Made by a program: the position numbers and the translations under genes. Shown here piece by piece: positions 1 through 13,242 of a stretch of DNA of 64,000 nt. Every line of letters begins with the position of its first letter. Positions within the stretch are counted from its first letter, which is position 1. Under the pieces are notes generated by a model that worked only from the letters and a program-made list of their open reading frames with translations, did not search any database and was not told where the DNA came from. The stretch is from positions 5,892,411-5,956,410 of the forward strand of contig NW_002060948.1 in the NCBI RefSeq assembly GCF_000150275.1, written 5' to 3'. Source of the stretch: Trichoplax adhaerens (taxonomy: Eukaryota > Animalia > Placozoa).

Positions 1-370
1 CAATGGCCATTCTTGCATTTCGAAAGCACGAATTTGCTTTCGATAACTTGCGATGATAGAATAATCGATAGGAAGGACTGTATGCAGAGTCAAGAAACAG
101 CCATGATGGGCAGTCAATGTCTGAGAGGAACAGTTTACTGCCCAAGATGGACACATTGTAAATTAATTGGCAATCAGTGAAATGGACGGCGTAAAATCCT
201 CCTTCCAAATGCCTCATCAACACACTATCTAAACGGTCGAGGCCATTCGTAGCTAGACAGTAATAGCTGTCGAATGGACATGTAAAGATTGTACGACTCA
301 TTTGGTAATGATGTAATCACTTCGATCTACTGTAGGCAATGTTAATCACCATGACGTTGACAACATAATC

Positions 371-601
371 CTTTCAAAGGCCTTTTCCACTCTTTCTTGA
401 CGGTCTAGGCCGTTCTATATAACGTAACTTGACGGTGATACTTGACAAATTGACTGCTGCGTAAACATTGAAAAACTCATTTTATTATTGTACAAGAAGT
501 TCGATTGGCTATGAGGAAATATTCATCAGCCTTATATTACCAAAGTAGTTCTTTCAAAGGCCTTTTTACACTCTATCTTTACGGCTTAGGCCGTTCTATA
601 T
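371..601 (+). promoter_or_regulatory. Duplicated ~50-bp upstream module (CTTTCAAAGGCCTTTT...TAGGCCGTTCTATA)
   Basis: Two near-identical copies at ~371-420 and ~551-601, each ending in a TATA-like CTATAT, upstream of ATG 678. Confidence 0.45.
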
Positions 602-677
602 CATAGCTACAAACCAACAATGTCTAACATTCTTTTATGACCTTTCCAATGTCAGCTAGGCTACAAAATAAAACGAC

Positions 678-2361
678 ATGACGTTGAAATCAAAGAGTAT
701 CGAAGCTGCAACTTCCGCTAATGCGGCTATGACTCGCTCACTCAAAGTCGTTTTCGACTTATCCTGTGCCACCCTGGTATTTTCCGTTGTTATTTTTACT
801 TTGACTTTAGCAGGCTTGTTTTTTAAGCCCGTTACCGTCTTCACTGTTGGAACACTACTATTTTTCCATGGCTTTTGGGTTTCAGTACCGGTAAGTAGCT
901 TAATTGTAACTTATTATTAGTTTACGGAGTAGTTTGAAAACTTGGTACAGATTAAAAGAGTACTTTTAATATACAGGAACTCAACTTTTAAGCACTATTT
1001 ATGGGCAATGAATTTTCATTTTTCCAGTTTTAATTCGTAGTTAATTAAAATGGCAGATATTCGACCTTTTCTATCTTTAGATACGATAAGTTGTTAAAAA
1101 AATTGATAGTGTTCTATAAAAGATGAAGACACAATCTGGACGTAGTGTAGCTTACTTTCAAGTCCTCTCATTCGTAGTAGAAGATGGCACTACTTTATCC
1201 TTAGTTATGACAAGCCGTGCTTGACAACTTATACCTGTGAGGCATATCCGTAATCGCACTAGCTATGTATAGCGTAGTTTATTCCCTTCTAGTTAGGGCT
1301 ATATCTTGTGCGCAAAGTAGTTTCAAATTTTACATACCAGTATTCTGCTATTATTTGTCTACTAAAGAATTACGACAAATTTATTATAGTACATATACTA
1401 ACACAATTTTTGATTACTGATGGCACGAATATAATAAAGATGTTTATTACCAGCGTTTTGGGCATGTGTGGATATGAAAAAGGTGTTTACAAACATTGCC
1501 CGGTATGTAAATATTCTAAACTGATCGGTTTTAACTAATGCTTACCTCGTTAAGTTTACAATAATATCCAATAAAGTGGATATGTCAACAGTGTCAAAAA
1601 TACTTTAAGCTCGTCGTTACGCTTGAACAGATGCTTTGATAAAATGAGCTCGTATAAATTAATGCAGCTAGCTAAAACATTTATTTTGTGGAGCTACACA
1701 AGTATAATGTATGAATATAATCATTTAGTGGCAGTTGATAAATCAAAATCAATTACTAAAAGCATTTAATCACAAAATTTATATCAAAAGTCATGACCAT
1801 AATTCCATTTCGGAAGGAAGTAATTAATAACATGCCAAGACTCAAAAAAACTGATCGCTATCGATGGGATTATTTCTATACACTTATATAATTTACGAGC
1901 CGATTTCGTTTTCTATATTAATCGTAGGCAACAGCTCATTTAGTCTTTGCCATCATAACTGCTATTGCAGTTCTTGCTGGTTTGGCCATTTTAGTCATGA
2001 ATTTGGTGGGAATGACTTTTTACGTCGTTCAGATTCTGGAACACCAGGAAACTAATGCACATCGTCTCCCTTCAGTGCTAATCAATGTTGCCTATGCTGG
2101 CACCATTTCAGCTACGTTGGTTTACATCTTTTTCTTCTATGCTTGCATTCATGGCGCTGTGATGTATTGCAGAGCACCGCGAAACCTTGTCGTATACAAT
2201 GTTTTGACAATGCCGGTAAGTTTGTTGTTAAAGTATATTAGCTGTTATGACCAATTCAGCCCCTTCAAGGCACAATAATGTTTCTTGTTCTCTAGGCTCC
2301 CTTAATACAGGATAACGTAAAACCGGCCTATCATAAAAGCAAGTATGGGTATGAAGTTTAA
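678..2361 (+). CDS. MS4A/CD20-like four-transmembrane protein (4 exons, ~209 aa)
   Basis: GT-AG exons 678-890, 1440-1502, 1928-2215 and 2296-2361 join in frame. Four hydrophobic segments; TM2 FHGFWVSVPMFITSVLGMCG resembles MS4A TM2. Paralogue with the same exon layout at 40480-42704. Confidence 0.7.
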
Positions 2362-3816
2362 GACTTGTATACCGTAAGTCCGAAAGTTAAAACAGGAGGA
2401 AACCATCAGCAATTGTTACATCTAGTTAGCGCTGTTTCTTCGATAGAATAATCGAGTCAGCAGTATTTACGTTACACATATATTCGTTCAAATTTTAATA
2501 AGGTTGTCAGAAATTGATCCTCAACAATTACAGCTAGACATGCTATGGAATCGCTTCAATAATGAATTGTAACTTTGTGGAACAAGACACCAAAAATCAA
2601 TTACTTGGAGAATCTGCAGGCTATATTGCCTCCATAAGATTTTCTCATTACGTAGTTGAAGATACAGTTAGTGAAATAGAATACCAATTTACTATCTTAA
2701 TTCAGTAGTGTTATTCTGAATAACGTGTCCTCAAATAGATCTATTGTTAACTACTCGTAGGCTAATAAACTAAATCACTCTATTGCCTTATCAATTAAGG
2801 CAGATTTATATTAAATGTCATACTCATAAAAATCCTATCCTTTTGTGTTATCGAAATAAATTACTGTATCGTCCGACTCGTAATGGTGTGAAATGTTTAC
2901 TTGCGGATAGACCAGTCAAGATTGTCTATTACAATCTGCTGGAAGTCGAGCATATTCTGAACTGTTAATGATAACTTTGCCTTCATGTACGAATTAGCCA
3001 TAGCTTCCAAAGGCTAGCCAATTATTTTGTTAGTTTTCAAATGCTTTATCTTGCAGAGACAAAAGTTTCTTTTATTATTTAGGTATTACCAATGACAATG
3101 TAACCATTGCTAATATAAATAATATCGACGGTATAAATGCTACAGATATAGATCGTATCTAATCCCCTCTGTAACATGCAATCTTGATATCGATAGCAAT
3201 TCAATACAGTAATTAAGAATCAATACCGTACGACATATAGGATGCCATCAAACAACGGAACATTCCAAGCATAAACAGTTCAATACACTACAGTTAGAAT
3301 AACATAAGTGTCATGGAGTCAAAATGAACAACGAACGAAAGAGCTATAGTCTTTCGGATCTATGACTATTACTACATAGAACCATATAAGATACATTCTG
3401 AGATCACATTGCTAAACTGACTTTAGCCTACGATAGATTAAATATCACTAGTACACTTAGATTTTATCCAAATAATATAACAAATTCATTAGAATGAAAG
3501 AAATTAAAGAAAAATATTTCCATCCTTAACCTATAACAAGGTCAGGTAGTTTATATCTAGTATATTGTTCAAAAAGGCTGTAAACCTAGACAAACTTTGT
3601 TATGTAGTTGAAATTACCAAAAACAACAACTAGTAATAAGCTAAGAGTGAGTTTATGTATCATGCAGTTCATGTATTCTAAGTGAGCAAAAGGTACACTA
3701 CGACTAAGTCAATATTATGCGCCATGAATGAGCGCTAAAAGCTGCATAGTATCCGTCTTAGTGATTGCAATAGAAAGACTGCTTGCAGATACGATTCGAT
3801 ACTATGCATTAGCGAA

Positions 3817-6800
3817 TTAGAATCGCCTGATTGTAGCATCGCGAGATTTTCCCACTCCTACAAATTGTACTATTACAATAAACAAAAATTGCTTTAAAGT
3901 CATGGAAGCAAAAATGACATAATCCTTTCATGAACTGTACGAGCATACGATGTTATTTTAATACTTACCAGGTATTCCCGACAGTTCTTCAATCTTCAAT
4001 ATGTAAGCCTGAGCATTTTCTGGCAAATCGCTGAACTTGCGACATAGGGAAATGTTTTGTTTCCAGCCTGGCATTGTGATATACTCGACTTCGACTTCGC
4101 TCAAAATCGAATGATCGGCTATTTTCATTTCGAAATTAATATCAATTATTAAAAAATAGTGTAATAATCTCAGCTCGAACAGTGCTCTTTGATGTATCTT
4201 TACTATTATTATCTACACAATATCAGTCTGTCTAATTAGAGACATGTCCTACAATATACTGATACTATATCTGGTATACAGTATGCCAATCTTCAGCAGT
4301 TAGTACAGTATTTAGACTAATTGTATGTAACAGGATCCATCTCAAATGAAATACTGACCTGGGAAAGATTTTAATTTTTGACCATTGTGAATATAAGCAG
4401 TACCAATTTTCACTTCCTCGAAAGTGTCCATAACATCTAATTTAGTTACTGCAATACTAAAAATGATGTGTGATTTTAATTATCTAGAATACCAACTTCT
4501 TACCCATTAAAAAATTTCAAACCTTGTTAATCCACTAATTCTGTTAACGTAATCAAGTACCACAATATCTAGCCAACCACATCGTCGGCGTCTTCCCGTT
4601 GTAGTACCAAATTCCTGTCCGATGTCTTGCAATTTCGTTCCTATATCCTACGAGCAGATACCAGTGATGATTAATTATAACATAAAACCACGCCTAGCTG
4701 TTTCATCTCTGACGTAAACCTAACGTGCAGCAAATTAATATACTTTTAATACTTACTGAATCGAGAAATGTCGGGAAATCGCCAGCGCCAACGCGGGTTA
4801 TGTAAGCCTTACAAATACCCACCACATTTCTGATCGTACTGGGTGGCAGGCCAAGGCCAGTGCAAACGCCTCCAATACCACAGCTGGAAGATGTTACGTA
4901 CGGGTAAGTACCTGTAACATAGACACAAGTATTTTCATTATTAGAGTATTTCCTACGTACAACAATTACATTTTACTTGTTTTTAGTTATTTCCGTACCA
5001 AAGTCAAGATCAAGCATAACAGCATTTGCTCCTTCTACGATAATATTTTTATTCCCTTTTTTCAGTTCCTCTGATAGAAAGAAGACGGTATCTTCTATAC
5101 TTGGCCGAATAATATCGGCATAACGCTGTTGACAAGCAATAGAAAGAAAGAATCATAATTACCATAAGTTCGTAAAGCATTTCGTAAAGTGGTTCAATAA
5201 AGGTGATAATCAGTACATACTTTGTATCTTTCTAGTTCTTTTTCTACATCCACTTCAAGCTCAGAAAAACTAGATATAAATAAACAATGATAGTTTACAA
5301 TAAAGTTATTATAAAAGATTTGCAAGTACAGCAGTAAGATCATGTGCATGCAAATTTACCGTTTTCGATAACCCTTAACTAGATTTTTGAATCTATAAAG
5401 TTAAACAATAAAGCTTTATGTTATAATCTGCATTTACCGAGAATTATTACAAATTATACATATCAGAAATGTTAGCCGAACTTTTTTGTAAAGTCCTCAA
5501 AATCGCCCATCAAATCGCAAACTCGCAAGCCAACTCGACTAGCCTGTAATCACCGAGCATATTGGTATTTTGCAATTTGTTACGGTTGAAATGCTTAGTC
5601 GATTACAAGCAATATTTTAATTTTGTACCTTTGTTGAATAAGCCGGTCCAATTCCTTTCTTAGTAGTGCCAATTCTAGGCAAAAATAATATCATACATGA
5701 AGTCCGATAAATTTACCCTTAGGAAGTAAAAATTTTAATTTACTTTGAGTCGCCTTTCTCAAGTTCAAGAAGTCCATCAGCTTCTTGATGGAAATCAAAT
5801 ACTGTAAAATTCATAAAACTGAATTAAATTCGATATGTAATTGTTCAATGGAGTTCTACAGTGTGTCTATTACCAAGATGGGCTCTATCGGATATTTTTA
5901 ATTTCGACCAACAATCTTGAACACCTATATATTTGGCGAACGAAATTATCAACAATGATATTTGCGATCAAATTATATGTAATTTCGTATATGTTGAGCA
6001 CAGAGGGGAACTTTTGCTACTATGGTAGTACTATCGCATAAATAAGAGCATCTACCTACCATTTTTCTCAATAGCTTCAATTTCGGCAAACAGGCCAGGA
6101 AGATGAATTACAACCCCGTTTCCTAAAAATTTGTTTCGATGTAAAACATTTAGCGAGGATTGTAAGCAATATATAATGGATAACATTGCCTATTAAACTG
6201 TATACAGTTTTAAAATTGAATCAATACCTACCAATTACTGAAGTGCAATTGGATTGAATGATACCGCTATAATAGATGATATAATGTTCCTTTAGTAAAG
6301 CATCATCGCAATCAAACCCAGACTTATAAGTAAAATGAAAATTCTCTAGATGACTGGTATTACAAATACGAATCTGGTTTGCATAGAGATATACTGTATG
6401 AGCAAAAATAGTTTAAAATAGTCATTGCTTAACCTTAAAAAAGTATACGCTACAATGACTATCTTTTGGCAATGAAATAGAAAATGTATACTTATTAGTT
6501 CAGTGTAAAGCAGTCATTTTGATGCGGTCAATAAATACGGTTACAATTTAAAAATAGGAATTTTTACAAGACTGAATAAGATCTTGATGTTATTCCAAAG
6601 CCACATGTATCATAGATGGTGGCAAGCTAATATACTGTACAGTACGTTTAACGGCTATGAAAGCAGCTGTTGCTAGAGGGATTTGTAAGTTATGTTAGCC
6701 GCAGAAGTACTGTATGTTATCGTGCAGTGTTGAGTATTGTCGAGTGGTTGAGGTATTGGAAGAAAATTGAGCACAGTACATCCATGAATATTTCATAATC

Positions 6801-8706
6801 ATAAATGATTACAAACAACACAAAAGAAATCAGGATACTATGTTACCTAGGTAAAAGATGGAAATGGTAAGTCTTTCCATTGGCGACTACTGTATGTCCA
6901 GCGTTGTTGCCCCCCTATATAGAAGTAATAATTGATTTAGAAAAGAATAGATACAACTAGTCATAGCATTTGAGATTACAGAATTCATTGATGGATATTT
7001 AATAAACAACAACTTTCAATATGGTTTTAGCATTATAACGCAATATAGCACCCTATTAGATAAAATTCGTCAGTGTTGTAAATACAATACTGTATAGCCG
7101 CCATCTGCCAATTGTACATACGGGTACAATAAAGGTGTACAGATATGCCAATCTAATCATGTCTACGAGAACTACCTCGAAGCATTTTGCATGACTGTGT
7201 ACGCAAGCATTATGAGTATTCCTACCGACAATGTAGCCATGAAATCGCAACATGGGAGGAATTATGCTTTAAAAGCACTCCATACAGATACATTACTACA
7301 AAAAGTCATGTCTATAGTAGTATGGAATCGATCGTTTCATAAATCTATTCATAAGCTTGACATCGTACTATACTTTCATGGTACAGTCCATTCTTCCTTC
7401 TACTGTATTTCAATCTAATTCATTAGCGCTCATAGCGTGTTCTAAGAGCGAGCACAGTACGATCATGCACCATCGGTGTCTGGTTTAATTAATTCATTAA
7501 TCGTGATTTCGATTTGGCACCTATTCAATGCCGTTACTGATTGACTGACACATGTTATTTATGCCAGAGCTGAATTTACAGTATACCAGACATATTGGAT
7601 AGATTAGTGACAAAGATCAGTGACTATGGCTTAGGAACGATAAAAAAAATACTACGACAGCAGCTGTTTCTCTTAGCAATACGATCAATTTTGTAGGGCA
7701 ACTTTAACGGTTCTTAATCCAATATGTCAATAATCATTTATGATGCATTTACAGTCAAGTTATGTCATACTGGTTCGATTGAATGATTGTGTCAAATCGA
7801 TTCAAGAAATTGATAGATTTCTTTATTGGTGCTTGACTGGAGTAGAAGAACACCAGTATTTGGGATTATATTTCCTATGCTAGGCATACTGTATCCGGTG
7901 TGAAGATATTTAGGATACAGATGAAATAGTCTAATTTTGCTTCATCATTGAAAGTACAGTAGTTGTTTGCAGGCTAGAGGATCGATGGTATTGTATTTCT
8001 ATTGCTATAGACTATCAGATTGACCATCTACCATAGCTCATGGTAGCAGTGTCTACTATAAACGATCGATCATTAATTAGTATTGAAACCATCGCAATCA
8101 ATCACTACATCCATAATACTATAATTGAATTGATGACTAGGAATAAGCTACAAGCTGAATTGGATAGCCAGATGTTATCAAGCGAAATCAATCCAATTTC
8201 TGAATAGATTCAATTTAATCATTTTCCACGTCGCACTACTGACGACCGTCAGTCATTGGTTTTTCGTTGGACTCTTGTGGCTTAATTTGTTTTATACATG
8301 GTAGGCACAATATACGATAGTAAAACACACAACTTATATATTAAAGTATGCAAAAGGGTAACCTATGTTAATGTATAATTATTCATTTTATTGCAGTTTG
8401 TTGAGTCAACAAGTGAATAGACCATGTGTCGATTACGGCCATGTCTATCATACTCTTCTTAATTCGTCGAGCGTAGTCAATGTGATGTCCAAGAAGGACG
8501 AAAGAGTGGCTGAAAATAACGTGACTTACCTGACAACGGCATACTATATCAGCTTGAGAAGCTAAAAGATCGACAATTTTCCCTTTGCCTTCATCACCCC
8601 ATTGGGCACCCAATATCACGACTAGTGAATTATTCTTTTCATCGCGAAATGGAGCAAAATTCGGTTGGTTGTTGGACGACGACATGTTACTTGCAGCGCT
8701 TAGCAT
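3817..8706 (-). CDS. ADSS: Adenylosuccinate synthetase (~16 exons)
   Basis: Exons encode [85 protein letters not shown] and VGVGKSR; stop at 3817-3819. The start could be the second Met (MSSSNNQP). Confidence 0.97.
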
Positions 8707-9047
8707 ACCTAATCCAATCAGTCTTTCCTTCTCTACCAGTGGTTGTACTGATGATACACTTTCAACTAGGCTTTATCGATTGTCAAGGATACCTTGTAGT
8801 CTAGGCAATGCGTTCTATGTCAATAATGATTGAATAACAACTGGTCAAATCGTCTTTTGCAATGGCTTTTCCTTCCTATCTCACCGCTGGCTTGCTCAAT
8901 TCCGGCGCCACTTTCCTTTGCCAATGAAAGCAATTCTGTATCGTACAGACCTTCGACCGACTAGGTATTGTATTAACTCGATTTGTTTTGTTTGCTAAGG
9001 GAGGCGTGGATGGCGGAAAAGCGGAAAATTCCTTTCTGTCGTCAGCC

Positions 9048-10061
9048 GTAGTACGTGCTGCAGTCCATTCAACTCAGTGCAGTACGTACTGCAGTCCAGT
9101 CAGCTCAGTGCAGTACGTACTGCAGTCCAGTCAGCTCAGTGTAGTACGTACTGCAGTCCAGTCAGCTCAGTGTAGTACGTACTGCAGTCCATTCAACTCA
9201 GTGCAGTACGTACTGCAGTCCAGTCAGCTCAGTGTAGTACGTACTGCAGTCCAGTTAACTCAGTGCAGTACGTACTGCAGTCCAGTCAGCTCAGTGTAGT
9301 ACGTACTGCAGTCCAGTCAGCTCAGTGTAGTACGTATTCCAGTCCAGTCAACTCAGTGCAGTACGTACTGCAGTCCAGTCAGCTCAGTGTAGTACGTACT
9401 GCAGTCCAGTCAACTCAGTGCAGTACATACTGCAGTCCAGTCAACTCAGTGCAGTACATACTGCAGTCCAGTCAACTCAGTGCAGTACGTACTGCAGTCC
9501 AGTCAGCTCAGTGTAGTACTGCAGTCCAGTCAGCTCAGTGTAGTACGTACTGCAGTCCAGTCAGCTCAGTGTAGTACGTACTGCAGTCCATTCAACTCAG
9601 TGCAGTACGTACTGCAGTCCAGTCAGCTCAGTGTAGTACGTACTGCAGTCCAGTCAGCTCAGTGTAGTACGTACTGCAGTCCATTCAACTCAGTGCAGTA
9701 CGTACTGCAGTCCAGTCAGCTCAGTGTAGTACGTACTGCAGTCCAGTTAACTCAGTGCAGTACATACTGCAGTCCAGTCAACTCAGTGCAGTACTGTACA
9801 TACTGCAGTCCAGTCAACTCAGTGCAGTACGTACTGCAGTCCAGTCAGCTCTGTGTAGTACGTACTGTGCAGTACATACTGCAGTCCAGTCAACTCAGTG
9901 TACAGTAGTACGTACTGCAGGACAATCAACTCAGTGCAGTGTACAGTCCAGTCAGCTCAGTGTAGTACGTATTCCAGTCCAGTCAACTCAGTGCACTGTA
10001 CTGTACAGTCAGCTCAGTGTAGTACGTACCCCAGGACAATCAACTCAGTGCAGTACGTACT
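9048..10061. repeat. 31-bp minisatellite, ~32 units (YAGTACGTACTGCAGTCCAGTCARCTCAGTG)
   Basis: Tandem units directly visible; the overlapping ORFs cycle through three frames every 93 nt. Units degenerate at the right end. Confidence 0.95.
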
Positions 10062-10327
10062 AAACTAGTATGAATGGAATGGGCTGCCGTCCACACTGTA
10101 GACTACGACTAGAAACTACATGGAAACGACTAGAAGAAATTCATGACTCGTTTTAATACTGTACTGTACTAGGAATTTCTAGAAGTCCATGGCACTGTAG
10201 GGAACACCGGCCGGCATGAATCAACGGATGCAGAGTACACTACTGCGTCATTCATCGCATAGTGTAAAGGGATCTCTATGCCAGGATTAGTTCAACACCA
10301 ATTTCACTGGCCTAGTATAGTCATGCA

Positions 10328-10609
10328 TTTTTAAGACTGTCATGGCGGGAAAAAAATGATGGCCAAAGACATCCTATTGCAACATCGCTGAATTGCAAGA
10401 ATTGGATATGGATTCGTTATTTCTGTGCTTGCTTGACTCTTAAACGAATAAATTTTCAATCTTGAACGGCTAGCGACATAGTTATCGATTTTTAAGACTA
10501 TACTGCAATGGCGGGAAAGAAAACCTTGTCTAAATTATCATTTTTGGGGCATAGACGGTGAAGAATTGGATATCCATTTGTCATTACTGTCTTTGCCTGA
10601 CTCTAAAAG
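10328..10609. repeat. Diverged ~160-bp tandem duplication, each copy carrying TGGCGGGAAA (E2F-type site)
   Basis: TTTTTAAGACT..ATGGCGGGAAA..AAGAATTGGATAT..TGACTCT occurs twice; motifs at 10343-10352 and 10509-10518. Confidence 0.6.
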
Positions 10610-10621
10610 TAACAATATTGA

Positions 10622-10891
10622 ATGATTGACGGTGTTTATGGACGTACAAATGTCCCTGAAAGGATCAATTTTAATGTGCCCAGATCAAGGGATCATTGCA
10701 GAAAAATTGATCGACCAAAATATGCCATCATCAACGAGTTGAATAGTACTGCACTGTACTCCTATTTTGGAAGGGCACTGCTACAGTACCATAGCATCGG
10801 AATGAAGGACGTAGTTTCCAAAATTAATGGACTGTATGATGAGATTTGTAGCAGTAGAATCGAATTGAAATTACAAAGTGCTTATGATTGA
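10622..10891 (+). mobile_element. Possible 3' fragment of a non-LTR retrotransposon ORF2 (CR1/L2-like C-terminus)
   Basis: ERINFNVPRSR...YSYFGRALLQYHSI resembles the RINFNVP / SFFxRAxxxWNxL pattern at the end of LINE ORF2; no RT core visible. Confidence 0.35.
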
Positions 10892-11708
10892 TTCATTTAT
10901 AATGGAAAGAATCGCGAGATGACTGGAAACTGGGTAGAGTAGACAAACGCTACTTTTACGGTACAATGATCATTGCTGTGTGTTTACTGCAGGCTTGAAG
11001 GCGTTGTGGGCACGCGGCTCCGCGCTGAGAAAGAGCACAGAGGCGGAGGCATGCCCCTGAACATGGGGGCATGCCATGTTGAGATTGTGCAATATTGTTA
11101 TAAGCTTATATCAACTATAAATAAGTTGGCAGCAGTCGAGCAAAATAACAAAATCTCAGCTCGAACGTGCGGGTTCGGCTACTTGAGTAAATAAATAAAT
11201 TCAATAGTCGAATAAGCGTGTCTTGAAGACTTCTTATTGTCATAGTTTATTATGATGATTCCCTATACTGTACAGCGACAAAAGTAACGACTATCGATAG
11301 CCCATTAAAAAATGACATATTTATAACCCTCTTTGAAACTGGCTGAAACATTGCAGAAGTGTAAGATGATGTACTCGTGCTCTCAATGTAATGCTCTCAG
11401 AACCGTACCTCAAGAAATATACGCATATGGGCGTACATGTTTGTTTCTTGTTTTAGAATAAACAATTTTAATTATATATAATTTATACTATTGACATTGA
11501 CCGTATGACGACGAGTCGTAACTACCTCTTCTTAAATATATATACTGTACTGTGTAGTATAGTCGATGATAGCTACTTTTCTACTGCGTTAAATACTGTA
11601 AGAAGTGCAGGATTATAATTACAATTATGGGTTAGTTGAATACTGCAGGAGTGCAGGTAGGATACTGTTTTATAATGAGAAAGTAAGATCAGTGAGACTG
11701 CAGCACAG

Positions 11709-12587
11709 CTGCAAATTCGCAGCGATATCCAATTGAACATAGCAATTTTTATTTATTGCACAAAATACGTACTCTGTCCAAGTGTCGATGGCATGACTCT
11801 GTCCATCGACTGAGCTTGATTTTAATTCAAGGTAAATCAAAAATATCGCAAAGTCCCTGGCTCTACTATTTGTGATGTAATCTACGCGTCCATATACCAC
11901 AGCTTATGCACTACTAATACGATATTCTAGGTATGCAGTAAATACTACAGTACTGTATACGCCTGGAAAAGTTAAAGTTAGTTCTCTGTATCCTAAAGTA
12001 AAATATCTCAAGTCTTCATCTGGAAACTGCCATCTCGCAGCGATATTACATTGAACATAGCGATTTTTTGCACAAAATACCAACTCTGTCCAAGTGTCGA
12101 TGGCATGACTCTGTGTCCATCGACTGAGCTTGATTTTTAATTCAAGGTAAATCAAAAATATCGCAAAGTCCCCGGCTCTACTATTTGTGATGTACAGTAA
12201 TCTACGCGTCCATATACCACAGCTTATGTATTACTAATACGATATTCTAGGTATACAGTAAATACTACAGTACTATTCTGTACTGTATACCCCTGGACAA
12301 GTTATAGTTAGTTCTCTGTATCCTAAAGTAAAATATCTCAAGTCTTCATCTGGAAACTGCAAACTCGCAGCGATATTACATTGAACATAGCGATTTTTTG
12401 CACAAAATACCAACTCTGTCCAAGTGTCGATGGCATGACTCTGTGTCTATCGACTGAGCTCGATAATTTTAATTTCAAGGTAAATCAAAAAAATATCGCA
12501 AAGTCCTTGCCTACTATTGGTGATGTAATGTACCCAGAGTCTACAGCATGTCTATAGGATAAGTAAAATATCTCAAGTCTTCATCTG
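11709..12587. repeat. ~320-330-bp tandem repeat, ~2.7 copies, with internal inverted repeats
   Basis: CGCAGCGATAT anchor at 11718, 12036 and 12366; copies highly similar; third copy internally deleted. Confidence 0.92.
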
Positions 12588-13242
12588 CAAGCAATTCTAT
12601 AAGTCAATATTGATTAAATCTATTAATCAACGAGTCCAATATTATAAGCTACACTCGTGTGTCCTAGAGACCCTTCTCTAATCAGGGTTTCAAGGGTGTC
12701 CTATCATTAATTTCTATTAATTATTAATGAAGTAAACGATGGGAACGGATACGACGTAGATTGGAGAGTGCCAGTATTGTACCCTATTACACTACATCAT
12801 ATTATACTGTACTGTATGCATTACTGAATTGTAAGGTGGACACTGTACCGGATGGGAGCTCTTGAAAGCAGCTAGTTGTACTCTGCAGATTAAGCTTGCA
12901 GCAACGTAAGAATCAGAGTAAGTAATTTATCGCGTAACTTTATAAGTACAGTGCTATAAGTAATGACTAAACTAAGGTAGAATAGCGGTGCACAATCGTC
13001 TCCATTTCATAGTTTAATTTCCTCCAGAGTTGGAGTTTTTGCATTCATGTTGCTTTCGAAAGAAGTGACTGCATGCACAAACAACTAAATGAATCGCTGT
13101 AGCTAAGGTAACCAATCAGTCTAGAATAAAAAAGCATAAGACCGAAATGCATAGCTCATTATATTTTTAATTATTTCCATTTAGGCTTAGCTCTACGATA
13201 TTGACGTAATGCGCTAGCACAAAAATAATAACAACCAAAATC

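Noticed and set aside
8785-8792. GTATCCTT (minus strand) upstream of ADSS as a U12 donor
   Set aside because: No U12 branch site or suitable acceptor before the ATG.
8988-10063. Four ORFs of 102-142 aa; also a CRISPR-like appearance
   Set aside because: The ORFs are translations of the 31-bp minisatellite. Units are contiguous with no unique spacers, there are no cas genes, and the context is eukaryotic.
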